Assembly: GCA_951406725.2 (NCBI GenBank)
Contig: OX597826.1
Location: forward strand, 65,906,001-65,970,000
From: Octopus vulgaris
Taxonomy: Eukaryota
DNA: 64,000 nt
Direction of reading: 5' to 3'
The position numbers were made by a program, and so were the translations under genes. This document shows, one piece after another, positions 26,632 to 41,459 of the stretch. The number at the start of each line of letters is the position of its first letter. Positions within the stretch are counted from its first letter, which is position 1. The notes under the pieces were generated by a model. That model saw only the letters and a program-made list of their open reading frames with translations, did not search any database and was not told the origin of the DNA.

Positions 26632-26702
<71 letters not shown>
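26244..26702. repeat. Compound (CTA)n/(CTT)n microsatellite, ~460 bp
   Basis: Directly visible. Confidence 0.95.
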
Positions 26703-27285
26703 GCAGCAGCAGCAGCAACAGCAATATCAACGACAACATATGACTTCAACAACCAAGCATCTCCCAGACGTACCATTTTAAGTAAATTAAAATTACGATA
26801 CAACTCAATAATTAAGATGAACTATTCCGTTAAAAAAAAACCCCATCACCACTACCACCAGCAATAACAACAACAACAACAACATCCGCAGCAGCAGCAG
26901 CCGAAAGAACGTCTCAGCAATTGTTATTTGTGCCACAACAACAACAAGGGTCACTGATGAAACATCTTATCTTCCTTTTTTGGTTCCGCCGGCCACGTCG
27001 ATTCTTATCTGAAATTAAACAGTAACAACAATCCATCCTTCGATCTTCGCTCTCCACACGCACATGCGCCCCGAACACACAGGCGCGCGCGCATGTATGC
27101 ATGCACACTCGCGCACTACTATACATAACACCACCTTAAAGAACAACAATGCTGCCTAACAACTACAAGTCAAGTCGCCAATCCTGTGTAGTATACATGA
27201 ACAACAATACCAAAAGCCTGTAATTTCGCGACTGGGGTACCACAGGGGTCCGTCCTCACACATACCTTTTTTAACTACTGCTCCC

Positions 27286-27330
<45 letters not shown>

Positions 27331-27336
<6 letters not shown>

Positions 27337-27976
27337 AATAAATGTTTTTATATATAAAGAACGTGAAATACAGGAAGGGACGAACACGGAACACAGACAA
27401 ATCATTCGAAGCCTTCAATCTTCAGTCAGACACCGAATCATCATAGCAAATTTCGGCTGTTCAATTCTGATATTTGCTCCAACTCGGCCAGCCCCAAGAA
27501 AAAAACTAAGCTGTAAGCATTAGATTTCTTGGTAGAAGACAAGAATGTAAACGCACAAGACGGATGTAAATACGAGAGACGAAAACGAAATTGAAAACGG
27601 TAATGGTTAAACAAAATATATATAACGGTGGTTGTCTTACGACTTTAGACCAAATGAGACAAAAACAACAACATAGCAGCTGGCGTAGAAATAATTACCT
27701 TTTTTACCGTTTTCAATTTCGTTTTCGTCTCTCGTATTTACATCCGTCTTGTGCGTTTACATTCTTGTCTTCTACCAAGAAATCTAATGCTTACAGCTTA
27801 GTTTTTTTCTTGGGGCTGGCCGAGTTGGAGCAAATATCAGAATTGAACAGCCGAAATTTGCTATGATGATTCGGTGTCTGACTGAAGATTGAAGGCTTCG
27901 AATGATTTGTCTGTGTTCCGTGTTCGTCCCTTCCTGTATTTCACGTTCTTTATATATAAAAACATTTATTCTTATA
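27331..27976. repeat. ~273-bp-arm inverted repeat between (TA)n tracts
   Basis: Arms 27331-27603 and 27704-27976 appear identical by eye; 100-bp spacer; related smaller foldback at 60641-60880. Confidence 0.92.
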
Positions 27977-28002
27977 TTATTGCGGCCTTACGTGCACCCC
28001 CC

Positions 28003-28079
<77 letters not shown>

Positions 28080-28171
28080 TAATCGAAACAAGAAAACAAA
28101 AACACAACAACGCAAGGATGTGGAACAAATAAAGTATTATTGGACGCTCAGGAAAGAAGGGAAGAAGGAGG

Positions 28172-28206
28172 GTTTGACGTTTCGTGCGGAGCTCTTCGTC
28201 GGAAAC
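28172..28206 (-). ncRNA. Minimal hammerhead motif (CCGACGA core)
   Basis: Minus strand GTTT-CCGACGA-AGAGCTCCGCAC-GAAA-CG-TC-AAAC; stem I GTTT/AAAC; ACGT palindromic stem III; one mismatch in stem II. Confidence 0.6.
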
Positions 28207-28379
28207 ATAGGAGAAGGAAAGATCCCGAGACAAGAGGACAGAGGAAAAAAATCGCCGGTGGTATTCACGAGGTCACATACTAAAAGACGGAGGTGGTAAA
28301 AATGGAGGAAAATGTTTTTAAAAACAAGAGAGCTATATCAAAGAAGGAATGGTAAAAAAGGTGTGCGAGATGACAAGTG

Positions 28380-30151
28380 TGTGTGTGAGTGTATGGTGGA
28401 CAATGGCTAGTAGCAGGCAGTAGTAGAATTAAGGAGTGGTGTGGGGGTACCCTAGCAAGTCAGAAAGGCAGGTCAGAAACAGGGAGGTATGCGTGTGTGC
28501 GTGTATATGTATCGTGTGTGTGTTTTGTTGTAGTATGTGTGTGTGTACGTGTGCGTTTTTTGTGTGTATGGCGAGTAACTGTGCTTCAGTTAGTGTATGT
28601 GTGCGTGTGTGCTTGTACGTGCGTGTGTGTGTATATATACGTATGTATAATTGTGTGCGTGTATGTATGTGTGTGCGTGTATGTATGATTGTGTGCCGTA
28701 TGGGATGTATGTGTGGGTTCATTTGTGTGTGCGTGTGTGTGCGTGTGTGTGCGTGTGTGTGTATGTATGAGCGTGTAGTTGTGTGTGCGTGTATGTGTTC
28801 GTTTGTATGTGTGTGTGTGTAATCGTAAATGGATGTATATGCGTGTATCCGTGGGGTTGTGGGTTTCTTTCGCGCGTGTGCGTGCGTATGTGTGCGCATG
28901 TTTTCGTGTGCGTATTTATGTGTGTGTCTGTGCTTATATGTGTATACGTATGTGTATGTGTGCGTGCGCGTGGAGGTATATGTTGTGTGTATGTATATGT
29001 GTCGGTGTGTATGTGAATTAGTGTGTGCTTGTACGTGTGTATGTGTGTGTGCGTGTATTGTATATATATGTAAATGTGTGTGTGTACGTGCGTGGGAGTG
29101 AATGTATGTATGTGCGTGTGTACAAATGTAGGGGTTTATATGTGTGTTATATGTTTATATGTGTGTATATATATGCATGCAAGGACACACTTCGCAACTG
29201 AAAGATTGATGGAAAAGACTCTTGCGGTGCGGGTGCATGCGAATCTACAGGCACACACGCACACACTCCGACGTACGCCCGAAATAAAGCCAGACCCCAC
29301 AGGCATGCGTGCATGCATGTATGTATGTGTGCGTGCGCGCGCGCATGCATGTGTGCGCGTGTGCATGCGAGTGTGTATGTAGGTATGTGTGTGTGTATGT
29401 ATGTATGTATGTATGTATGTGTGAGTGTGTATGTATGTCTGTGTGTATGTATGTCCGTATGAGTGTATGTAAGTATGTGTGTGTATGTGTGTGTGTATGT
29501 GTATGTATGTGTGTATGTATGTGTGTGTATGTGTGTATGTATGTATGTGTGTATGTGTGTGTGTATGTATGTATGTGTGTGTATGTATGTATTGTGCATG
29601 CGTGTATGTGTGTGTGCATGCGTGTATGTGTGTGTGTATGTATGTATGTATGTATGCATGCAGGTGCGTATGTATGTGCGTGTGTGTATGCATGTGTGTA
29701 TGTATAAGTGTATGTGCGTATATGTGTGTGTGTATGTATGTGTGTGTATGTATGTGTGTATGTATGTATGTGTGTATGCGTGTGTGTATATATGTATGTG
29801 TGCATGTATGTGTGTAGTATGTATGTGTGTGTGTATGTGTATGTTTGTGTGTGTGTGTATGTATGTATGAATGAAAGTATGAATGTATGTATGTGTGTGT
29901 GTACGTATGTGTGTGTGTGTGTGTGTGTGTGAATGTATGCGTGTGTGCGTGGGGTTTCCTCTGGAGTTGTGTGGGCGTAATGTATGTTGTGTATGTATGT
30001 ATGTGTGTGTATGTGTGTGTGTATGTGTGTGTGTATGTGTGTATGTGTGTATGTGTGTGTGTGTATGTGTGTGTGTGTGTATGTATGTATGTGTGTATGT
30101 GTGTATGTGTGTGTGCGTGTATGTATGTAGGTATGTATGTGTGCGCGCGTG

Positions 30152-30155
<4 letters not shown>
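28380..30155. repeat. Long degenerate (GT)/(GTAT) low-complexity tract
   Basis: Directly visible; source of the long His/Thr/Tyr ORFs in the track. Confidence 0.9.
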
Positions 30156-30200
<45 letters not shown>

Positions 30201-30369
30201 TTTAAGCAATTGAGATTCAAGTGAGTTCTAATGAATTCACATGAATATGGTCTTTAACTAGGATGCACCGGAAATCTATATGGTGTTAACCATACGACAA
30301 AGTGGGGTGATTACAAATAGGAAAAAAGCAAGAAGAATGGATCAATATATCGGTACAATTGTTTCGTAC

Positions 30370-30429
<60 letters not shown>

Positions 30430-30432
<3 letters not shown>

Positions 30433-31466
30433 GGGGGAAAAGTCAAAAAAAACAAAGACGAAGACAGGCGGTGTAGACAACAAACAGATGTATTAGTTTA
30501 ACGCTCGGAAAGTGAAAAGGTCTTTAACATTTCCAGCCTACGCTCTTCCTCAGAAAGGAACACAGAAAGAAACAAGGAGAGAAAATAATGAACGTGTAGT
30601 GGCTGGCGATCTATCATGGCGGACACAGGGGTCGCACAGTAGAACTAGGATGAAGGGGAGATAATAAAGTAGTAGTGGTCCCAAAACGAAGGTGCGTGTG
30701 CGTGTTGAGAAGAGAGTATGTATGGGCGTGTGGAAGAGGGCTGGAGACCTTGACGTATGCGTGTGTGTGGATGATGGTGTGGGTGCTGAGAAGTAGCAGT
30801 GCTAGTGTGTGCGTGGTGGTGTGATGTGATGTGGTGTTGTGTGGTATGATTGTGTGTGGTGTGGTAATGTGTGGTGTGGTGGTGTTGGGATGTGGGGAGG
30901 CGAGAGTGGGGAAAGCGAGGGTGGGTGTGGGTTAGGATGAGGGTGGGGAAGATGTGGGGTATGTGAGAGTGGGTGTAAGGGATGGGGGTGGGGTGGGATG
31001 GAATGGATAGGGAATGTGGGATTGGTTTGTATATGGGTGGGTTACGAGGGAAGGGTGACGATGAATGGAGAGGGGGAAGGGAGAAGGTGGGTAGGAGTGA
31101 ATAGAACAGAGAAGGAGGCTAGGAGTGAAGAGAAGTAGGAGTCGGAACAAGAGAGGAGAGGTGGGTGGAAGGAAGTAGGTGTGAGAGGAGAAGGGAGGAG
31201 GGTTAGATGAGAGGGGAGGAGAGTTGAGCCCATGTGGTGCAAAGGAGCGAAGAGAGACGATTAATCTTTATTCACAGCGAAGACGAATGGCCCCAGTGCA
31301 AGAACAATCCGAACACAGACAGGTGTTGCAAAGAGTGACCGGTAGAGCGGAAATGGTGCGAGACCGGGGTGTCATTGCCGAGTCGGATGTCTCGGAGTTA
31401 TTCCGCGAACCGGTCAGCCAAGCGGCGTCCCGTTCGCCCGATATATAGAGAAGGACAGAGAGGTAT

Positions 31467-31553
<87 letters not shown>

Positions 31554-31706
31554 TTACAGAAAAACAAAAGACGAAGACAGGTGTATAAATAACAAGCATG
31601 TATAAGGTGAGAAACTCTTTTACGTTTCGAGCCTACGCTCTTCGACAGAAAGGAACACGATGAAATAAACAGAAAGAGAATAAAAAAGTTTGGGATATAG
31701 CGGTTA

Positions 31707-31710
<4 letters not shown>
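30430..31710 (-). mobile_element. Penelope-like element 3' part (GIY-YIG C-terminus and 3' UTR) bracketed by direct pLTR copies
   Basis: Minus frame at 31220-31455 SLYIGRTGRRLADRFAE*LRDIRLGNDTPVSHHFRSTGHS; pLTR-family copies at 30430-30620 and 31548-31710, each with a hammerhead-variant motif. Confidence 0.82.
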
Positions 31711-31798
<88 letters not shown>

Positions 31799-31805
31799 TA
31801 CACAA

Positions 31806-32300
31806 GTAAAATCAATCGCCATATCAAAGTCGTTGTTCCATGTTACTACTAGTTTAACCCCAGGCAGATCTTCTGCCAGCTGGTTATCGGTGCGACGCTG
31901 CACGCTTTAAATACAATATATATTGCTAGCAGAGGTAACGAACTCCTACCATCCTCTAGCAGACAACAGGATCGCAAAACTGACTCAGTTTTGTGCTGCT
32001 TGACTCATCTTCATACGCGAGTACCCGTAGCAGCTCAAAACTGAGTCAGTCGTGATCCTGGCTCCTAGATCACTACTGAATCAGTCGCGAGTACCTGGCC
32101 TCTAGCAGCTCATAACTGAGTCAGTCTCGCGATCCTGTCGTTTTCTAGAAGATGATAGGGATTCGCTCCCTCTGCTAGCAATATATATATTGTATATAAA
32201 GTGTACTGCGTCGCACCGACAACCACCTGGCAGAAGATCTGCCTGGGGTTAAACTAGTAGTAAAATGAAACAACCACTTTGATGTGGCGATTGACTTTAC
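31806..32300. repeat. Foldback/MITE-like element with ~185-bp diverged inverted arms
   Basis: Arms ~31806-31992 and ~32114-32300; spacer with short internal repeats containing TGA(C/G)TCA. Confidence 0.85.
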
Positions 32301-32359
32301 ATTTTAGTATAGTTACTACTCTGATCTCTTCATGAAATTTTAAAACTAGCTATCTTGCT

Positions 32360-32425
<66 letters not shown>

Positions 32426-32586
32426 CGTACGTGTATGTGTATGTGTATATACACATATATATGTTTGTAGATGTATGTGCTTACACACGCGCGCATGTAT
32501 ATATTTTCAAATTCAAAATGACTGACGACTAGCATCACACTTGAAACTCAAGAGTACCATCGAATTTAAATCAAACTGTTTTAATC

Positions 32587-33640
<1,054 letters not shown>

Positions 33641-33717
33641 GCAACTATATATACATATGTATATACATATATACATATGTATGTGTGTGTATATGTATGT
33701 ATATATGTATATATATA

Positions 33718-33829
<112 letters not shown>

Positions 33830-33850
33830 TTATATATATATATATGTATG

Positions 33851-33925
<75 letters not shown>

Positions 33926-34168
33926 ATGTGCGTGTATGTATGTATATGTATATACATATTTATGTATATGTATATATATATGTTTGAATGTATGTACGTA
34001 TATATATGTATATATATATGTGTGTATGTGTGTGTGTATGTATATATGTATGTAAGTGTGCGTGTGTATGTGTGTGTGTGTACGGATATGTATAAATCTG
34101 GATCAAACTATTAATATAGATATTCAACCACAACATGGATTGAGTGCAATTTTTTTTCGCCTGTACAA

Positions 34169-34200
<32 letters not shown>

Positions 34201-34395
34201 CACGGGGCGTTTGCGGTTTGGTCAAGAGTCCCAAAATTTTGAAGAATAAACAAATCTATTGTTTCCCTTATTATGACTGGTTAAAGAATTGTTAGCAGGA
34301 GAGAAAATTGAAGAGTTTAAAGGCGGAAGTGAAGAAGCAGAAAAGTAGGATGAGAACGGATATGTAAATACATAGCTGCAACGATATACAATTCA

Positions 34396-34692
34396 ATACA
34401 TACATACATACATACATACATACATACATACATACATACATACATACATACATACATACATACATACATACATACATACATACATACATACATACAAACA
34501 TACATACATACATACATATATCCATACATACATATATCCATACATATATCCATACATACATATATACATACATACATACATACATACAAACATACATACA
34601 TACATACATACATACATACATACAAACATACATACATACATACATACATACATACATACAAACATACATACATACATACATACATACATAAA
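34396..34692. repeat. (TACA)n microsatellite
   Basis: Directly visible. Confidence 0.95.
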
Positions 34693-35022
34693 CATACGCG
34701 CGCGCGCGCACACACACACATACATACTATATGCATACATACACGCACGCGCACACATACATACATGCGTAAATACTTCCATACATACATGTATGCATTC
34801 ACACGCATGTACATTCATACATACGCACGCACAAGCACGTACAGAGACAAGAACACATAGATACATACATATGTATGTACATACGTACACAAATGCTCAT
34901 ATACACACATGCATACATAATACATACATACACGCGCGCGCACATACATACACATATTTATACATACATATGTATGTACATACGTACACACATGCACATA
35001 TACGTACGTACACACACACATA

Positions 35023-35062
<40 letters not shown>

Positions 35063-35128
35063 GGGGGGGGCGTATATGTGTGTATGGCTATGTGGTAAGA
35101 AGTTTGCTTTCCAACCACATTATTCCGC

Positions 35129-35217
<89 letters not shown>

Positions 35218-35536
35218 GAGGGGTTTCTTTCAGTTTCCGTCTACCAAATCCACTCACAAAGCTTTGAGCGGCCCGCGACTATGGTAGAAGATACTTGCCC
35301 AAGGTGCCACGCAGTGGGACTGAAGCCGGAACCATGTGGTTGGTAAGCAAGCTTCTTACCACATAGCCATACGCGGCAAAACAGATCAATAGAACAAGTA
35401 CTAGGCTTACAAAAAATAAGTCCTGGGGTCGAATTCTCCGATTAACACCCTTTAAGGCGGTGCTCCAGCATAGCCGCAGTCAAATGACTGCAACAAGTGA
35501 AAGAATAAAAGAATATGTATGTATGTATATATGCGC

Positions 35537-35573
<37 letters not shown>

Positions 35574-36276
35574 CACAGCACACAATCATCCTATGTATAT
35601 AGTTATATATATGTATGTGTACAGATATGTATGTGTGTGTATGCCTGTGTGTGTATACACCACACCACTATCCTATGTATGTATGTATGTATGTATGTAT
35701 GTATGTATGTATGTATGTATGTATGTATGTATGTATGTATGTATATATGCATGTATGTATGTATGTATGTATGTATGTATGTATGTACGTACGTATGTGT
35801 GTGTAGGCATCTGTACGTCTCGTGAGGTGACGGGTCTGTACTCATAAAGCCTTTTTCCAAGGCCCGGGTTGGGCAATAGCTTTTCATTTATAGAAGACAA
35901 AAAGTCGCCCCTGGATGGAATCATTTTCTCTCTTTGCCATTCCTGTTCTCCAAGAGAAAGTCAAGGGCCGATATAGTTTGGCACCACTGACACAGATAAA
36001 ACAAAGAGTCAAAATGGCTATTGCAATGTATCCTGTTTGATGTTCTAATAATTTCATTAATCCACTGCACTGTACTGGTTATTATTTATCGATTCCATGA
36101 CAATGAAAGGTGATGCTGATCTCCTTAGGATTTGAACTCAAAGTGCAAGGAACCAGAAGAAATATAGCAAGAAATTCTATGCGATGCTCTAACGGCACAT
36201 CGAAACACTCACACACTTCATTAAACATCTCTGTTTAAACATCTCTGTTTAAACATCTCTTCATTAAACATCTCTG

Positions 36277-36462
36277 CGGATCCGTGGAATAAGCTGCCAG
36301 ACGAGATGGTGAAGATGCCGGCGACCGCTCGGTTCAAAGTCTTCCTTGACCTCAAGTGGCCTGAACTCTTTACATGAACACCACCCTGTACATAACTCCA
36401 TGTCCCCCTACATAGCCTTGCTTTTTGCTTTTTGAGCCAAAAAATTAACTAACTAACTAACT
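36277..36462 (+). mobile_element. 3' end of CR1/L2-type LINE with (AACT)n tail and target-site duplication
   Basis: WNKLPDEMVKMPATARFKVFLDLKWPELFT*; (AACT)n tail; AACATCTCT on both sides. Confidence 0.78.
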
Positions 36463-36471
36463 AACATCTCT

Positions 36472-36675
36472 AAATATCTCCTTGCACTTTTACTTAGATA
36501 TCAGTAAAGCGTTCGATTCTGTACATTCAGATATATTGTTGCCCAAACTTAGGCAAATAAGTTCCTAACAATTTGTTTAGACCATACCTCTCACAGAGCA
36601 AACAGTATGTTTCTGTTGAAGCATCAAAATCACCATTATCTACTATAAAGCTTAGGAGTCAGTCAGGGGTCCATA
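36472..36675 (+). mobile_element. Old LINE reverse-transcriptase fragment
   Basis: LDISKAFDSVHSDILLPKL ... YLSQSKQYV ... GVSQGS, matching RT motifs D..KAFD and GVPQGS. Confidence 0.72.
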
Positions 36676-37962
36676 CACACACGCTTACACATACACACAC
36701 ACACACACGCTTACACATATGGGCACCATACGCACAAGCACATGAGCAGAGAAACATAGAAACATGATACGCACACATTTAGACACACACGCGCACACAC
36801 ACAAATACATGCGTGCACGTACACACATGTACACATGCTCTTGTACGCAAACACACATAAAGACACACACAAACAAATACATGCAAACATTTACCTACAC
36901 AAACACGCGCACACTCGTTTGAGCACGCGCAGGTACACACGCGTATGCACATACATACAGACAGTTACAAACATGCACACACACACACACAAACACACAT
37001 GCAATACACAAATACACACACACATGCAATACACAAATACACACACACAATACACAAATAAATACACACACACATACATACTCACACAAGCACACGCACA
37101 CGCTAAAATGACATGATTGAATGACATTTAAACATAGAAACATTAAAACATTAGGCTAATGGCTTTTAACACCTTCACCATCGTCACCTCCACCACCACC
37201 ATCACCACCACCACCACCACCACCACCACCACCAACCACCACCATCATCTCCACCACCATACCATCGTCACCACCACCACCATCACCATCGTCACCTCCA
37301 CCACCACCATGGCCACCACCACTGTCATCGTGACTTCGCCAACACCACCGTCACCAACACTTTCGCCAGCATTAGAGTACGGCACGAATTCATTAAAATA
37401 ATTAAAAATACACACGTACAACATTATGAACAATAACAATAACAATAACAGAAATAACACAACCTTACCACCAAATAACAACACAACACCACCGACGCCG
37501 ACGTCACCTCCACCACTACCACTACTACCACCACTAACAACAACAACACAAGTAACAGAAAATGCCATAAACAACACCAAACATCAAATACATGCTCTCA
37601 CACTCAGCATCAGGAACATACCGCACGTACATACGCGCGCGCACACACACACACACACACACGCGCACACATGTGAACGCACGAACTCACACACATACAT
37701 ATACGCGCACGAACACACGAACGCGCACATACATATACACACGCACGAACACACACACATACACTCTCTCTCTCTCTCTCTCACTGAGGAGACGAAACTA
37801 CTTTGACTTAGATGTAATTCCTCCACAACACACAAAGAAGATAGCAAAATAAGAAACGAGCGGAATGACAGCCATTGTGAGAGTCCCTGCTAACATCGCC
37901 ATTGGTCAACCAAGAACAAACAACAGCAATAGAGTACAAACACTGCCCAGATGTCTATTAAT

Positions 37963-38573
37963 CCATCCTACTCTAGGCACAAGGCATGAAATTTGTGGGG
38001 AGGGGGCCCAGTCGATTAGATCGACCCCAGTACACAACTGATACTTAATTTATCGACCTCGAAAGGCTCAAAGGCAAAGTCAACTTCGGTAGGATTTGAA
38101 CTCAGAACGTTAAGACAGACGAAATACTGCTAAGCATTTCGCCCGGTGTGCTAACGTTTCTGCCAGCTCGTCACCTTAAGGAACAATAAATATTCCTTTC
38201 TACTCTAGGCATCAGGCCCGAAATTTGGCGGGAGGGGGCCAGTCGATTAGATCGACTCCAGTACGCAACTGGTGGTACTTTATTTATTGATTCTGAAAGG
38301 ATGAAATGCAAAGTTGACCTCCGTGGAATTTGAACTCAGAACGTAACGGCAGACGCAATACCTATTTCTTTACTACCCACAAGGGGCTAAACACAGAAGG
38401 GACAAACAAGGACAGACAAAGGGATTAAGTCGATTACATCGACTCCAGTGTGTAACTGGCTCTTAATTTATCGACCCCGAAAGGATGAAAGGCAAAGTCG
38501 ACCTCGGCGGTCGAAATATGGGTAAGCATTACGCCCGACGTGCTAACGTTTCTGCCAGCTCGCCGCCTTTCCT
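37963..38573 (-). mobile_element. Composite of several Meta-like SINE monomers within one target-site duplication
   Basis: AGATGTCTATTAAT at 37949-37962 and 38574-38587. Confidence 0.78.
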
Positions 38574-38899
38574 AGATGTCTATTAATGGTTGTCTCACGT
38601 GTCCGAGAAAGACGATTCGCCGATTTTTTTTTTTTTTTTTTTGCTGTACGACCTGCCCAGATGAATTGTTTATAGCGATCAAATGTACGTGCTGAACATT
38701 ACCTTATTCCATCCCATCAAATCGACATTACCTGAACAGGTGTGCGGTGTAGCACACCTCAGACGTTGAAGCGATTGCAAAGTGACGTACTCGATTTAGT
38801 TTAGTACAGCAACATTTGTTTGCCTAGCGGAGAATAAATCTCTCTTTTTTGTCCAATGCAAACTTCGTTCTTTAGTTATTATTAACCGTGTTCATACAA

Positions 38900-39450
38900 C
38901 CTCTTGTAAGAAGAAGCATATTTAATCTACAAACGTTTCCCCAGCGCATCATAGCAAGCGAGCTTACTTGTCACCTGCTATGCCAGTCCTAATTGGACCG
39001 TACCTGAAACTGTAATAAACTAGAAAGAACACAACACGGCTTACGGCGCCCGCACCAAGTGAACTGCTTTGACTAAGCACCAGAATTCCTGCAATACCAT
39101 TATCTGAAATGTCAAGGATGCTTTCGAAACCTAGTTCATCCTTTTATTCATTTATAAAAAGGGTTTCTTGCAACGTTATGGAATCCTTCTTCCTTCGACT
39201 TCTTAGCTATGAAGGTTCTGTAAGCAGTTCTATTGCATAGGTAAACCTTCCGCAATCGCTGCCATCTGCTTGGCATCTAAATCCACGCTGGAAACGTTAG
39301 GTAAATCTCTCCTAATATTATTTTCTTCCACTCTACCAGGTTCATCTCCAATACACCAATACGAAAACATCTTCGGTCGCTTGAAACCAACGAAGTCACT
39401 TACTCTGATAATGTGTCTCATATAATGCACCCCAGAGCTAGTCAAACTCA
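38900..39450 (-). mobile_element. Highly decayed LINE endonuclease (APE) region
   Basis: Minus frame DSITLQETLF...NGIAGILVLS resembles the APE LQET and G..IL motifs; contains stops. Confidence 0.45.
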
Positions 39451-39719
39451 CCAACCTCTCACTCGATCTCTCTTTCTCTCTCTTACACACTCTCTCCCTC
39501 TCCCCCCTCTCTCTCTCTTTCTACCGCTTTCTCTTCACGCTCGAAGCCCCCGCTGTCCTACATTCGTTATCTGCTGCAGCCAGCTTTCCTAACTTAGAGA
39601 ATGAAATACTCTACTGTCTCCCATAAATTTCTCTCTTATCAACTTTTCCTTAAAGAAAGACTCTGAAATAGATTGTCAGTTAGTGTGACACCTATCAGAG
39701 ATGATCGTATCTCTCTAAG

Positions 39720-40150
39720 ATCAACTGTGGTGATATAGAGAGAAATCAGGATGTGGACCGCCGCTAAAATTGCAGGAGTGCTGAACGAGATATTCTTGGA
39801 AAGAGACCAGGTAGACGAGCTACTGATGAACAACAGCACCGCATTTAGTTCAGGGCTGATGAAGGAAATGCTCGACGGGTGGAATGTTAGATGCTTCTTC
39901 ATGAATTGCATATGGGCCGAGCAGAAGTGAAATTGTAAAAAGACACAACATAATCAAAGTTGAGGCCGAGAGAAGGCGACTTTCTCCCATTGAGGTAGTC
40001 TTCTGATACAACATGTAGTGTTGCCCAGGGCAGGAAAAACTGACGAGTCAATCCTACAAAAAACAATCCTCAGATAAGAACGGTGACACCTGAGCAGAAT
40101 AAAGGCAAAGTTTCGAGGAAAGGAGAAGGACCTGTATGGTTACGGAACGG
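39720..40150 (+). mobile_element. Degenerate LTR-retrotransposon (Gypsy-like) integrase fragment
   Basis: TAAKIAGVLNEIFLERDQVDELLMNNSTAFSS..MKEMLDGWNV then, frameshifted, PSRSEIVKRHNIIK...SPIEVVF*YN, the integrase core D...E region. Confidence 0.7.
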
Positions 40151-41459
40151 GATTTTTTGTCACTAGCTTTGCGAGTTTCATAAAAGAAAAAAAGAACCGC
40201 GGGAGAAAACTGAGGGAACTTTTATCCGTTAGAGTTATGTCCCTTGAATAGTACTTCACTCTTCCAATTATTCTGAGTTCCATGATTTATTTACCAAACT
40301 CTCGTGCACAAGACTGATTGGTAAACTCGGCTGAAATTAAATGAGTCTATAATACCTCATTTGTGTGTGTGTGTGTACGGGTGCGTGCGTGCATCTGTCT
40401 GCTACCTCTATATCCGTCGATCCATCAGTCTTTCTCTCTCACTTTATCTACCTCTCTACCTATCTATTTATCCATCTGCTATCTACTATTACACATAGAC
40501 AGGCTTCCGTTTATCCGTCTATTAGCCTGTCTATCTATCTGTCCATCTATCTACCTGAGATGTTTAGGTTTTTCTCACAAATATTAATTACGTAAATGAA
40601 ATGAAATTAAATGGTTTCTGCAGAACTCGAAACTGCATCGACATCTCAGCTCACTGTTTACTAATTGAGTTGTTGGCCTTGATTACGAATCGAACTAGCC
40701 AGACAACTTCTGCTAACCGAAAAATCTAAAATAAATCAATAAAAAATAATGCAAACACAAATAATTTTAAAACTTTTTGGGAGCGAGTAGGGTGCAGTGA
40801 TAGGCAGTGTGGTTGATGCCGGACAGACTTATTTACTGGCGTAAGGGCATTTGTTCCACCCAGGAATCGAAACTGCACAAGAGTGGCTTCATTCCCTAAC
40901 ATTTCATCTGTACTGCTTCGTCGGAGATACCTAGAAACAATATATTGACCATTCATAAAGACACTAGAATATTTATAACGAGCGGGGAGGGGAGAAGAAA
41001 TTATACGTCGATGGTGCTCTTCCTCTTTCGAAAACAAATAAACATCTTGAGTAAACAAACTTCAATCGGAAAACAAATCCTTTTTTTTTTGTTGTTGTTG
41101 TTGTTTTGCTTTTATTTATTTTTATTTATTTATTGCATTCTTTCGATTGGCATAATTTTGTTATATCTATAGTCCATAAATACATTTAAAAAAACAGGAC
41201 AGGCACACACAGACACAGACAAGAACAAGCACACACACACACAAACAGAGGAACAAGCGCGCACGCATGTACAACCCATTAGCTTTCCTCCCAGTCATAG
41301 AAAGAGCCGATTTCGGTGTTTTGGTCCATCGAGTTATATCGAAAGAATGTCTTTTTTTTTTCACAAGATACAAAAACTGTTATCTATTTGACCGGTGGAC
41401 GTTATGTGACGTTCATACTTTCCTCAATAACCTTAGTGCCATAAATGAAGTGAAATAGC

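Noticed and set aside
26213-26803. 196-aa poly-Val/Glu ORF
   Set aside because: Reading frame of a (CTA)/(CTT) microsatellite.
27848-27905. CTGAAGA and GCCGAAAT in the 27.3-kb/60.6-kb foldback family as a hammerhead
   Set aside because: The order and pairing do not give a consistent three-stem fold with an NUH site.
29136-30220. 357-aa ORFs and other long Tyr/Ile, Val/Cys and His/Thr ORFs
   Set aside because: Translations of (TA)n, (GT)n and (GTAT)n microsatellites that simply lack stop codons.
37159-37580. Thr/His/Pro/Asn-rich ORFs
   Set aside because: (ACC)/(AAC) low-complexity sequence without splice or homology support.
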